DNA of 64,000 nucleotides, from the NCBI GenBank assembly GCA_900088475.1, contig FLMG01000211.1, forward strand, positions 17,077 to 81,076, in the 5' to 3' direction. Shown here piece by piece: positions 1 through 10,409 of the stretch; the first letter of the stretch is position 1, and each line of letters starts with the position of its first letter. Below the pieces are notes generated by a model. That model did not search any database. It was not told the DNA's origin and saw only the letters and a program-made list of their open reading frames with translations. A program made the translations under genes and the position numbers. This DNA is from Hyphochytrium catenoides. Lineage: Eukaryota; Protista; Hyphochytriomycota.

Positions 1-436
1 GAAGCTGCTTCCTGTCAAAGTATCTCTATGAGCTATCCAGGACCGCTGCTGCCTTTCTGCCAGGTTATCCTCGACGTGTGAACCTCTCAGACCTCATTAT
101 ATATACTAGTCATTGGCCCAGGTATTGCTCTGTCATTCTGTCCTTCGGGCAATGCTATCGGAGGGCTATCAGATGCATCGCTATTGGAGAGCTATCAGAC
201 AGTCTTTGCTTCTCTTTCCTGTCCATCGAATGGCTTAGCGACCAATCAGTCCTAGGTAATATATTCACTAAGAACTATAGTACACCCGACTTTGACCCCG
301 ACATTTTAAAGGCAGTCATTCATGTGGACTGCATTAGTTGCAAGCGTGTTAGAGCTCTCCTACTGCTAAACAGCCTGAGCACTAAGCTCTTAAAAAGATT
401 AAGTTGCGGGACTGTCTCCTTTGCATCTATATGCTA

Positions 437-2557
437 CTAGTCGGAGCTGAAGCTCGACAGAATGCTCAGGGCAGTGGACATCCGATCAATACTATCATTC
501 AACGCCTTCCTCTCGTGAGCACAGCTCTCGTAGAGCACGAACTCCTCGTTGAGTAGTGAAGAAGATGGATCAGCAGCATGCGGATCAAAGGCCTCAATAA
601 GCTTCACAGCCACCTCTATGGGGTCAAAGATGAGTTCCAACAAAGGACAAAGCATCAAACGGATTAAGCTGCGCTCAAGAACGGAAGAGAAGGAGGCATG
701 TTCCTGTGAGGGGGCCTTTCTGAAGCTCTCGCAGACAAAGAGAGAAGAGACAGCTGCATGGATACGTGGAGATGTCTCACGGATAAGCAGATCAATGTCA
801 CTTCCCACTGCGGCTCGTACGAAACCGCTCAGGTTGACAAATCGATTGTGCTTGATCTGGCCCTTCCCAATCGAAGCACTCGTATCCTCAGAAGCAATAG
901 CCAGCTTTACGTGCTCAGTGAGGACACTGACGACTGTGCGAGCTAGGGTCGGCAAGGACCTTGACAGGACAGACAGAAACCTGTTGATTCTCATAGACTG
1001 CTGAAAAACGGGAGCGTCGTCATTGGCTGTATGCGATAGGGACGAGAGTCCCTCCTGTTTCATTGTCCTACCAACGTACTCTCTGACAATTTTCTGGACC
1101 TCTCTCTCACAGCTGCCGAAGTCAAATCTACCCGAGACTGCATGCAGGAGCTTTGATAAATGTGGGAGGCCTTCCGACAATATAGTCTGTTCTTCAACAG
1201 CCTCCTTGTCTTGGTCAGCAATGTCACTTGGTCCTTGGGTACCGTTGACCAAAAGCCAGCCCTGTGGACGGTTGTTGAGCAAGGCGGACATCCCTGACCC
1301 TATAAGCTCAACACCCCGGTCAGATCTAGTGTCATTGCTGCGCCATCCTCCGGAAGCTCCATTGCTTTTACTGAATCTACCAGGTCGGCCAGCGTGATGC
1401 AGGTGAGAAGTCCGGAAGCTGTTGAGCTCTGCAAGTATCTCAGCTGGGGTAGGTGAACCCAAAGCTAGCCATTGCTTCTGCTTCGCCATTTGCTCGTCCT
1501 GAATCTTTTGCATGGTTGCAGGGATCCATTCGAACTGAATATGTCTGACAAGGATGCTCTCCAGCTTGCGTATCAGTGCATCATTACCTGCCAGACCGGC
1601 CTCCCTATACCCGGGCAAATGCTGGTCAAACCATTGAAGCTCCTCCGTTCTTGCTTGTACGAGGGTGGTTGGAGGCCTGGTTCTAGTGTCTCTATTTCTT
1701 ACTGCGACGTAGCCTTCCTTGAGAAAAACCACGTCCCCGGATTTCCTGTCTAGGCGGTCTCTGAGCTCTGCATAAGGGCCCTTTGGGTTGGATGGATCCA
1801 TAGCCCGGTCTGCCATCGTAAGAACTCCAATAGTCTTGTCTGTGAGCTTGTGAGTCTGCAATAATTGGAAGGCTTGAGAGTTCCGCACGCGTTCAGCCGC
1901 GGGAACAGCCGCCAGAACGAGCGTGTGCGGCATACGCATGTACTTTTCAACCAGTGCACGACTCTGAAACATCATGTCATCCGGCTCACCATCCAGTTTA
2001 CCCGCTACAATGCCAGGGAGATCGACTAGGTCGAGATCTGGCACATGAGGAGAGGTAACCTCCATCACAAGAATGTGTTGGGAGAGGCCCTTCGTCTGTC
2101 CATCAGTGCGGTCACTCTTGACAATTCCGTCCATCCATTCCTGCATCATCGCTGCTGCATGGTCTCCGCTAAAGAAGTCACTCACCAATGGAGGCCGACC
2201 GTCGCTGTACTTCAGCTGCATCCTCACATTCCGCTCAGGCGTCGTTCTGTTGTCATCGCACCATTTCTCCAGCTCCTTACCTTTCTTATGACGGAGACAG
2301 AGGTGAATTGCCATGCGCGTGCAGATATTCTCATCTCGAGGAAAGAAAGGCATCATGGCGATACTCTCTAGCACGCTTGACTTGCCGCTACTTTCTTGCC
2401 CAACAACGATAATTTGGGGCAACGTGTGATCCATATCTCTGAGAACGTCACTGACAGTATCTGCTACATGCAGGAACTTCCCAAGCACACCATTGAGGAG
2501 CACATCCGTGAGAGCGGCATTCGTTGACGTTGTGGAGACAGAGCTTAGTAGCTTCAT
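437..2557 (-). CDS. Dynamin-superfamily (Mx-like) large GTPase, single exon, 706 aa
   Basis: LPQIIVVGQESSGKSS (G1), ICTR (G2), DLVDLPG (G3), TIGVLTMAD (G4 variant), GYVAVRNR. The C-terminal helix ERKALNDSIDRMSTALSIL resembles a GED. Uninterrupted ORF. Confidence 0.92.
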   Translation of the reverse strand: MKLLSSVSTTSTNAALTDVLLNGVLGKFLHVADTVSDVLRDMDHTLPQIIVVGQESSGKSSVLESIAMMPFFPRDENICTRMAIHLCLRHKKGKELEKWCDDNRTTPERNVRMQLKYSDGRPPLVSDFFSGDHAAAMMQEWMDGIVKSDRTDGQTKGLSQHILVMEVTSPHVPDLDLVDLPGIVAGKLDGEPDDMMFQSRALVEKYMRMPHTLVLAAVPAAERVRNSQAFQLLQTHKLTDKTIGVLTMADRAMDPSNPKGPYAELRDRLDRKSGDVVFLKEGYVAVRNRDTRTRPPTTLVQARTEELQWFDQHLPGYREAGLAGNDALIRKLESILVRHIQFEWIPATMQKIQDEQMAKQKQWLALGSPTPAEILAELNSFRTSHLHHAGRPGRFSKSNGASGGWRSNDTRSDRGVELIGSGMSALLNNRPQGWLLVNGTQGPSDIADQDKEAVEEQTILSEGLPHLSKLLHAVSGRFDFGSCEREVQKIVREYVGRTMKQEGLSSLSHTANDDAPVFQQSMRINRFLSVLSRSLPTLARTVVSVLTEHVKLAIASEDTSASIGKGQIKHNRFVNLSGFVRAAVGSDIDLLIRETSPRIHAAVSSLFVCESFRKAPSQEHASFSSVLERSLIRLMLCPLLELIFDPIEVAVKLIEAFDPHAADPSSSLLNEEFVLYESCAHERKALNDSIDRMSTALSILSSFSSD

Positions 2558-5500
2558 CCTTGATAACCCTTTCTAAAGTCGAGCAGGATGTCTGCTCCTT
2601 ATTGGTTGGTGGCGAACCGTTTGGTCACCTGTGAGCTCTTGCAATACACTTACCAAATGCAGCGCCGCAAAGACCGATTCAGAGACGTGGGTTGTAAGAG
2701 TACAAGGAAGACTGCCAATGGCAAACTGAGTCACTGACGACGGCAGCGGGTGGTGCTGCAGCAGGCGGGATATACGACCAAATGAGAGGAGCTTATACAA
2801 CTAGTAGAAGGCAAGGTAAGGTTATCAAATATATCATCCATAGTAGTGTTCACATTCTAAAGCAGCGAAGAAGGAGGAGGAACGACCGTCTTCGTCCTCG
2901 CTGCACCTCGATCTTTGAGACGATGGGCTTCAAGAGACATGGCTGGCTCCGTCGTGCTATTTTGGTAGAAGAAGAATCAAGGCTGATAAGAGTTGAGATG
3001 GGACCCTGGACAGTAGTGGAACTGCACTTCTCCTCCTAGAGGAGGCAGAGCCCTTTGTCTAACTGCAGCCCACCAGTGATTAGGGACCGGAGCGTGGGAG
3101 AGATGATGAACACTAATGACAAACCGTATGGACCTTTCTTGTCACGCGCGAAATTACTTAATCCTTCCATCCAGAAGACGTAGAAGACAACAGTCCCCTT
3201 CAACCTTTCCTTCCTCCCGATGGTGAATAAGAAGACATGGACAAACTCTCTCCTCTCTTACATGTGGCCACTTGGCATCGGAAGGAGGACCTCCTTCTTG
3301 ATCTATTTAACAAGTAGTCCTTGGTGATGGTTTGTTGTTCCATTTCTATTATTGTTGGAGACAGCAACCAGGAGTGGCAGCAGCAGCGCCTTGCGGGCAT
3401 TGGATGCTAATTATAGACGAAAGAAGGATAAAGGAGAGAAGAGGAGAGGAGATGATTTGCCTTTCTTGGTTCGTTGGCCCTCATCAATTTGGCCCAGTGG
3501 CGGCTGAAACTCTCCATATCCTCTTCTTCTTCTATGATGGTGATAATGGTGGTGCTCTTCCCTGAGGCTCGTTGCTCGTCGTCCGAGGAGTATGACTATA
3601 GCAGCTACTTAGAAACAGCTTGGAAGAAAAGGATTTCAAAGGGCGGTACTAGCTTATTAGTGCCCGGAGTAGACAATGACGGAGAACATGATGGTGCCCT
3701 GCCTGGGATAGAGACAAGCCTCCCATCACTCTCGAAGGCCACCAACAAGGCGGCAGTCAACGATGATGATAAGAGGAGCCATCATGATTAGACCAAAGAT
3801 GATGGGAGGGGGCTGAAGGTACGGTAGGGAGCTTTTTACCGCTCCATCTCCTGCGACACATCGTCGACTAAACCTCATGCAGCAGCGGGATGAGGAGGTG
3901 GGTGACGGACATTTTGCTTACTCTTTATTAGCAGCACTACCAGCACCAGCAACCACCAATATTATAATAACATCATCACCGTCCTGCGCAGCCTTCTCTT
4001 CCTGCATCCTCCTTCTTCCCCTCTTCCTGTTATGATGCCTGGTCTTCTTGAGGTACTCGTAGTAATAAGGGACAATCAATGTAGCAGACCTTTCAGAAGG
4101 AGAGCTAGGGCTACCCGGCCATCTTCCTCTCCGCCAAGAAGAAGCCAACAAGAAGGATATACTTCTTCTTTCAGAGCCTCTTGTTATTAGCTCCTTTGCT
4201 CACTGAATGATGGTAGTGGTGGGTAACGGATGGATCTATCAGGGGCTGTAACGGATGAACTCCTCTGCTCTTCGTTCATCATGTGGCGGTGGATAGGGCA
4301 CCCCCGTCTCCCTTTTCCCCAGAGGAAAGAGATGGATGGTCAAGCTAGTTCCTACTTGGGCCCCTGAAGCCTGTTTGAGGCAAGGGCAGGGTCCATGAGT
4401 AGTGAAGACTGCCCTACATCATGATGTAGGAACGGGCGTACCCGTATTATTCAGGGTATCTTCTTCCTTGGAGTATGGTGAATGAGGAACACTGCAATCT
4501 TCCTCGGGTCTCCTCGTCATCGAAATCATCTTGTTGCAGGCAAACAGGAGAACTTCATGATGATGTCAAGGAGCTAGCCAAAAGAAGTACTCATCCGCTA
4601 TCAAACCCCAGCAGCCTGTGAAGAACGAGGCGAGGAAGCTAAGTGCTGGTAGGAGACGGTATAATGATGATGATGATAGAGGTTGATGCTATATGGAAAT
4701 TCTCCTCCTCCTCAGTCAAAGCATTGGCAAGACGGAGGAGAAGGACGTAGCCCCAAATCTTAAGCGAGAGGAAGTAGCCGAGAAGAGGACAGCATAGGGC
4801 TTCTAGCTCTTCAAAGCCGGGGTGTAGCCAAAGAGCTAAATCGCAAGTAGCGGGCGGCTTGTTGTTGTTGATGAGTCTTCGGCGGACGACCAAAGAGACG
4901 ATGGCAAAGATCCAATGCTGCTATCGATGAGCTTCAGCCAAGCACCAGGTCAGGTCACCACCACCACCGGGACTGACAAGGTGGCTTGCTGATGATGTGA
5001 AGAGAGACAAAAGTAGAGTACCTCGGAGTCTCCTGGTGCATTCTCACCACGTAGTATCATATCACTGGGTCATTCGCTTTCTTAGGTTAGTGGTGCGGAG
5101 GCTTACATCCTCTGCTGCCCGTCGTCTCCCGAGAGAGTTGGACCTCCCACAATCCATACCAAGAAAGCGTTCCGTTCCTTCCTTCCCTTCCAACCCTACT
5201 TCTTTCTATTCAAATCCTCCACGGCAAATCCTATTGCCATCATCATCAACGACCGACTAAAGTTTCACCAGACTTCATTAATATTTGCACCTGCATTGCT
5301 GTCTGTCAATCTCTCTTGGACCCCACACCGACTATTGCAGCTAACTTCAACCTAAAGAAGAGCGATTAGAAGAAGCAGGCTTCTATCTGTGCATCGGGAA
5401 AGAGTAAAGACTTGGCCGTCTTCTCTCTCCTCTTATGATACGGATTCCTCTTGATGATACGGATACTGAAGACAGGGCAGTGGGTAAGGACGTGTTCGAG

Positions 5501-5760
5501 AAGTTGTTAGAGAAAAGCAAGGAAGAAGAGGATGGAATCAAGACAGCTTCTTTGCGCGCCATCCTTTGGGTTCCATAAGATCACCGCCGAATAGGATGTA
5601 GATCTCCTCCCAGGCTTAGGGAAGGCTTCTTCTGCCACCTTTGGGTCCGACCGAAGGCGTCAGTTCAGGAAGAGGTCCAGGGCTAGAACAACCGTCCGCT
5701 CGTCGCTGTAGTTGATCCATAATTCTTCTCCCGTATATGATGGCGGATGAAGGGGAAACC

Positions 5761-7383
5761 TCATCTAAGCTCTTCCATTGAAATATCCTTGTCAACACTC
5801 CCTCCTTGGCCCTTCCGGCACGGTCGCTCCAATGGCATAGCTGGAGCAGCTAAGAATAGGGTCGCTGGTCTGGACGGGTCATCTTTATCTTTTGCTCTCT
5901 GCGTAACTACTTGTTCAGGTTTAACAACCTGCTGCTTTGTCAGCGGGCCTTCTTCCTTCTTCCAGCCACTGGAGGGTTCGTCACCTCTGCTCATTACGTC
6001 TTGTGGATGATGGTGGCCTGCTGGGCGCTCTATCTCCAAAACTCTAACTCGACTTTTAAGAATTACACAGTCCTGCGGGTGCTTAAGGGCTGAAATGAAG
6101 AGCTTCAGAGTGAGAATGATCAAAGTATAGCCGCGGCTCAGGAGGAACTCCAGCATAGAGAAGCTCCATCTTCCCGCTGTCCTTCGCAGCACGTAATCAT
6201 CCCCACATCCCCGTTCCCCCTCTGTCTCTATAACTTCCTCGTGCTCCAATACTAGTCCCTGCTCCATGTCCAGTCTGTAGACACACATGTGCGGCAGGAG
6301 ACGAAGGTAGAAAGCGAAGAAGAAAAGGATGAAGGTGAGTAGACCTGCGCCATAGAGATACCGAGAGCGCTTGCGGATGGTCAGGGGAGCCGCGTCATAA
6401 GACATAAGAGTGGACCACAAACTCAGGAAGGATGTCAGAGCAAAGAGAATGCCCCAGGGAGCCAAGCAGAACACTGTCCCCATTGACAAAGCTAGGAAGA
6501 AGAGCTCCGAAGTAAGAACAATGCCCTCATATGTCCTTAGGCATCTCCGGAGCATTGAGAAGTTCGAGTAAGAGCTCCTTTGCAGCGCCACGATGAGCAT
6601 ACACGCAAAGCTGCCCAGGCTTGCGATTTGTCCAGATAATTCTGTGACTGGAAGTAGCAGTGTGAAGAAGCTGAGAATAATAAATAGGATGGACACAAGC
6701 CATCCCAGTGGTGCGAAGAACCGCCTCTTTGACCAGTACCATTCATAGAAACGCTCCCCCAGCAGCTGCTCCATTAAGGTCATAGAGCTTTCCTTCTCTG
6801 ACAGTTCATTGTATACATTTACTGCCATGAGAACGCGTCTCCTTTTCTGTCCTTGATTTGCGGGGCTTATTGATAGGTGATCAGCCCTTTTGGACGTGAG
6901 CTCATTGCGGTCTTCATCCTCTTTCCCACGAAAGATGTTCTCTTCTCTTCTTCTTCCTAGTACTTTCTGAGTACTTATCCAAGCTGGAGACGAGTCATGG
7001 CGCTCTCCTGCTAGGTCTGTTGATGACTTTGTAGGAGCTCCGACCTCAGCCTTTGGAGATGGACTTATCTTCACAACTTTAGAAGAGGAGGAGGTTAAGA
7101 ATGAAGATTTCATCCGTAGTAGGCTGCCGACGTTCTTCATGGATCTGCTGACGCCAAATTTGCTGCTAGAGGAGGAGACAACAGCCTGTGGCGCGGCAGG
7201 CGTTCCACCAACAAGAGCAGCATTGATAGCTATCTGCAGGGCCGCTAAGCGGTATCGAGTGCCTTCACGAAGGGTCGGCCTGCTCTCCAGAAACCTAAGC
7301 AGTGGGTCGCAGAGCATTGCAGCAGTCTCATCTTCGCCTCTGAGGGCGAGGTTCGGCTTCTTTCCTGTTGCTGTAGCAGGCAT
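5761..7383 (-). CDS. Uncharacterised multi-pass membrane protein (~540 aa, about 7-8 hydrophobic segments), single exon
   Basis: Long uninterrupted ORF with first ATG at 7383 (MPATATGKK). Ser/Lys-rich N-terminus followed by hydrophobic helices (FFAPLGWLVSILFIILSFFTLLLP, GAGLLTFILFFFAFYL and others). Confidence 0.8.
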   Translation of the reverse strand: MPATATGKKPNLALRGEDETAAMLCDPLLRFLESRPTLREGTRYRLAALQIAINAALVGGTPAAPQAVVSSSSSKFGVSRSMKNVGSLLRMKSSFLTSSSSKVVKISPSPKAEVGAPTKSSTDLAGERHDSSPAWISTQKVLGRRREENIFRGKEDEDRNELTSKRADHLSISPANQGQKRRRVLMAVNVYNELSEKESSMTLMEQLLGERFYEWYWSKRRFFAPLGWLVSILFIILSFFTLLLPVTELSGQIASLGSFACMLIVALQRSSYSNFSMLRRCLRTYEGIVLTSELFFLALSMGTVFCLAPWGILFALTSFLSLWSTLMSYDAAPLTIRKRSRYLYGAGLLTFILFFFAFYLRLLPHMCVYRLDMEQGLVLEHEEVIETEGERGCGDDYVLRRTAGRWSFSMLEFLLSRGYTLIILTLKLFISALKHPQDCVILKSRVRVLEIERPAGHHHPQDVMSRGDEPSSGWKKEEGPLTKQQVVKPEQVVTQRAKDKDDPSRPATLFLAAPAMPLERPCRKGQGGSVDKDISMEELR

Positions 7384-9167
7384 TGTCCTTGCTATTCGCA
7401 ATAGAGTTGTCTGATATTTTCCGTGTTTCCGACTTTTCGGCCCATTAACCTTCTCCCCACCCTCTCTTCACCATCGAGAGCAGCGGCCGAGATATCTAGT
7501 GTAGCACTACTACTGATTACCAAGAATGAGATTGGGGAGGACGAAGAGTAGCTCCACTAACAGCAGGACGATGATCCCACTACCCGCGTAGTAGGAGCCG
7601 TGAAGATGGTCATCATGCATTTGGATGGCTTAGTGGAATATGACAGGAATATGACAGTGATGCGAGTGACCCTAGAGGCCACCAACCTCTCCATATAACT
7701 AGACGCAGCCATTATAATGTTTACTCGCCAGACCCGCCTCCTTGCATGTACCACTATCGGGCGAAAGGAATCTTTATTGCTGTTACGAGGACAAATGAAG
7801 AGGACATCAATTAATGTGCGCGTCAAGGTAGTTCGCTGCAAGTCCTTTTGATGTCTCCTTCCACTGTTGACAAGATGGCACGGGTCTGTTGACTGGTAAC
7901 AGTACCCATTCACACATCACCATCCTCCTTTTCTTATAGCATGATCATAATGTCATGAGGATCGGTTGATCGGGCGTTGTAGCTCGCTGCTGCTATGTAA
8001 ACCGGAGCCTTTTACTGCTTACAAGAGAAGCTTCTCTCCTTATTGTTCCCACTTCTGCCGCCATTCAGCTCCCACTCCAAACTCACGAAGGGTGGATCTC
8101 TGGACGTGGTCTTATCCTTCTTCTTGCGCCAACTTTGCCCTCTTTCTTCCGTTCATGATAGACTAGACCATCTCTCTCCTGCTGCGACGGCCTTGGAAAT
8201 GTAGGAACGAGGAGGAGAAAGCAAGAAGCGACCAGCAGGGCAGCAGGATCGGATCAAAGGAGAAAGAGAGAGACAGAGAGAGAGGAGAGAGGGAGGACGA
8301 GATATAGGTCAAGCATGTGATGAGGAGGAAGAGAGCCAGCTTCTCTCGAAAAAAGTTGTAACGCCCGACCATCGTCCAAAGCTGCGTCTTATTCCATGCG
8401 ACATTCTATGGATGGTCTGTGCCTTAGAAACATCAGAAAAGACCAGTGTCGGTTGCAGCTTACCATCCGCTGTCACTGTATGCCATAGACTATCTGAAGG
8501 GGGAGTAGAAGTCCGAATATCCTTGGTCATTCCGACGTCTTGCTCGATGTGCTCCCGCACTGCTGGCCACCAACATCGCCATTTGACATCTCTTCTTCAC
8601 CTTCTTTCTTGAGCTTTGCTGGTTGGTCCGTCCTACCCTGCCGCTCCTTGCTTGTGCCTGAGCCTCACACAGTGCTGCTGATGATGGCTGATGATATCCA
8701 AGCACGTCTGGGGCCTGTCAAGCCAGGCCGAGCTGAGCCCCAGGAAACCATGCGTTGAATGTTATTCGGGGATCCAAAGGGTCTAATAGTTCTATCCAAA
8801 AGCTGATCATGAGACGATAAGAAGGATGACAACGAGTTCTTGTCCCTACTAGATTATAGTTCCTGACATCCCTTCTCATAAGATGTGACAGGATTGATGA
8901 CTGCGTGATGCAAACAAGAAGACCCACCCAGCAAGCAGAGAACGGCTTCAATCTGGGACTGCCAAGACGGTTATGAGGGGCAGGTCAATGGTGGAGAATT
9001 TTCCCCCTGTTGTCTCCAGCTACTATCTTTCGCGGATATACTTACGACTCACAAACGCAAGAAGAGTAAGAACATAAATTGTGCGCGGCAACAACAAGCC
9101 GCAGTTCAGTCACCTCTAACAAACAACTAAAGCGAAATAAGTCAATAACACAGGCCTCGCCTCCTCG

Positions 9168-10409
9168 ATGTCGGCCTTCTCATTGTACCGTTCTTCAAGC
9201 AGAAGAAGTGGCCTGGGTGCTATTGTTGCTTTCTGTTCCATTACTTTAGCCCTTCTGGTTGTGAAGGATAGTCCTCTCGCTTCAGGTGCAAGCAGCCCCA
9301 GCCAGCAGGAAGAGACTCAGAAGAGGGAGGACGCAGAACTCCTTCGGCAAGCTGCCGTCTTCGCCGCAGCTGAGGAAGATGACCGGTACCTTGTTGAGTA
9401 CTTCGATCATAAGTGTGAGGCAGAGTTCCCTCCGTTAAGATTGATGAAAGGAGATGAAGCCTCCACCACAACAGGGACCATTTACTATTATGAAGACGTC
9501 AAGAGTGTACCTCTTCGAGAGTGCGAGGCCACTTTATCGGCGTGGGAGCAGCAATGTGAAGAAGCTGCTGTACAAAGCGGAGACGGTTTTCTTTCGGTAG
9601 TGGTTACTACCAATGACAAGAGAAAGGAGTCTCAACAAAAGAAGGCTCACCACTGCCGCAGATGCACGGAGTCGGTGGACGGCAAAGTCTGGCAGATCTA
9701 TCCGCGTCAAGGGAAGGTAAACTATACGCTTTATAAGTTGAATGGGGAAGAGCAACCATGGCCGTATTCCTCAGACTGGCGGGGATACAGGTTAATGGAG
9801 AATAACCGCATGGAGTTCCTTCATTACCTACCCTCCATAGATACATGTTGCAGGGCTACTCACGTCACACAGAAGGCACAAAGACCTAAAAAGGAGGGAC
9901 CTTTCGCGCTGCAGTGTACAACGGGTTCCTTCGCCGGTCGCCACCCCTACTATCCAGTCTCCCATTCTTACGCCCGCGAACTTTTTGCCAAATGCATGAA
10001 GGCCTGCAAGAGCTCTGAAGGCGCCATCTACTCTGGAGGTTGTGGTCTCACTTATGAGAGCTGCTTTGGACTAACGGGAAGGGTGGTCTATGAAGAAGTA
10101 CCCGGAGGCCTCAAGACTTCAATGTGGGACATGTCCTGCTTACGACGAGGGAACTTCTTTGACGTCAAATTCAAGAAAGAGGAAGTTATCACAATGGAAG
10201 TAGAGGATGACTTGTTGCTGACCTGCTATCTCGATGGTCCTTGGCTCACCGGTAAGAAGCCTCCGAGGGATGAAAAACTGGTTGTCTACCAGCGGAACGT
10301 CAACGATAGTGAGGGTAAAAATGCAGCCTCTAGTGCCATCTCCGCCAACCAGTGGCAATATATGGCAGTTGCCATGGCCCTTTCCTTGATAAGCTCGCTG
10401 GCCCTGTGA
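9168..10409 (+). CDS. Secreted cysteine-rich protein with probable GPI-anchor signal, paralog A (413 aa, intronless)
   Basis: N-terminal hydrophobic signal (GLGAIVAFCSITLALLVV). 14 Cys align with the ORF at 13144. The C-terminus has small residues then a hydrophobic tail ending at the stop (NAASSAIS...MAVAMALSLISSLAL). Confidence 0.88.
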   Translation: MSAFSLYRSSSRRSGLGAIVAFCSITLALLVVKDSPLASGASSPSQQEETQKREDAELLRQAAVFAAAEEDDRYLVEYFDHKCEAEFPPLRLMKGDEASTTTGTIYYYEDVKSVPLRECEATLSAWEQQCEEAAVQSGDGFLSVVVTTNDKRKESQQKKAHHCRRCTESVDGKVWQIYPRQGKVNYTLYKLNGEEQPWPYSSDWRGYRLMENNRMEFLHYLPSIDTCCRATHVTQKAQRPKKEGPFALQCTTGSFAGRHPYYPVSHSYARELFAKCMKACKSSEGAIYSGGCGLTYESCFGLTGRVVYEEVPGGLKTSMWDMSCLRRGNFFDVKFKKEEVITMEVEDDLLLTCYLDGPWLTGKKPPRDEKLVVYQRNVNDSEGKNAASSAISANQWQYMAVAMALSLISSLAL

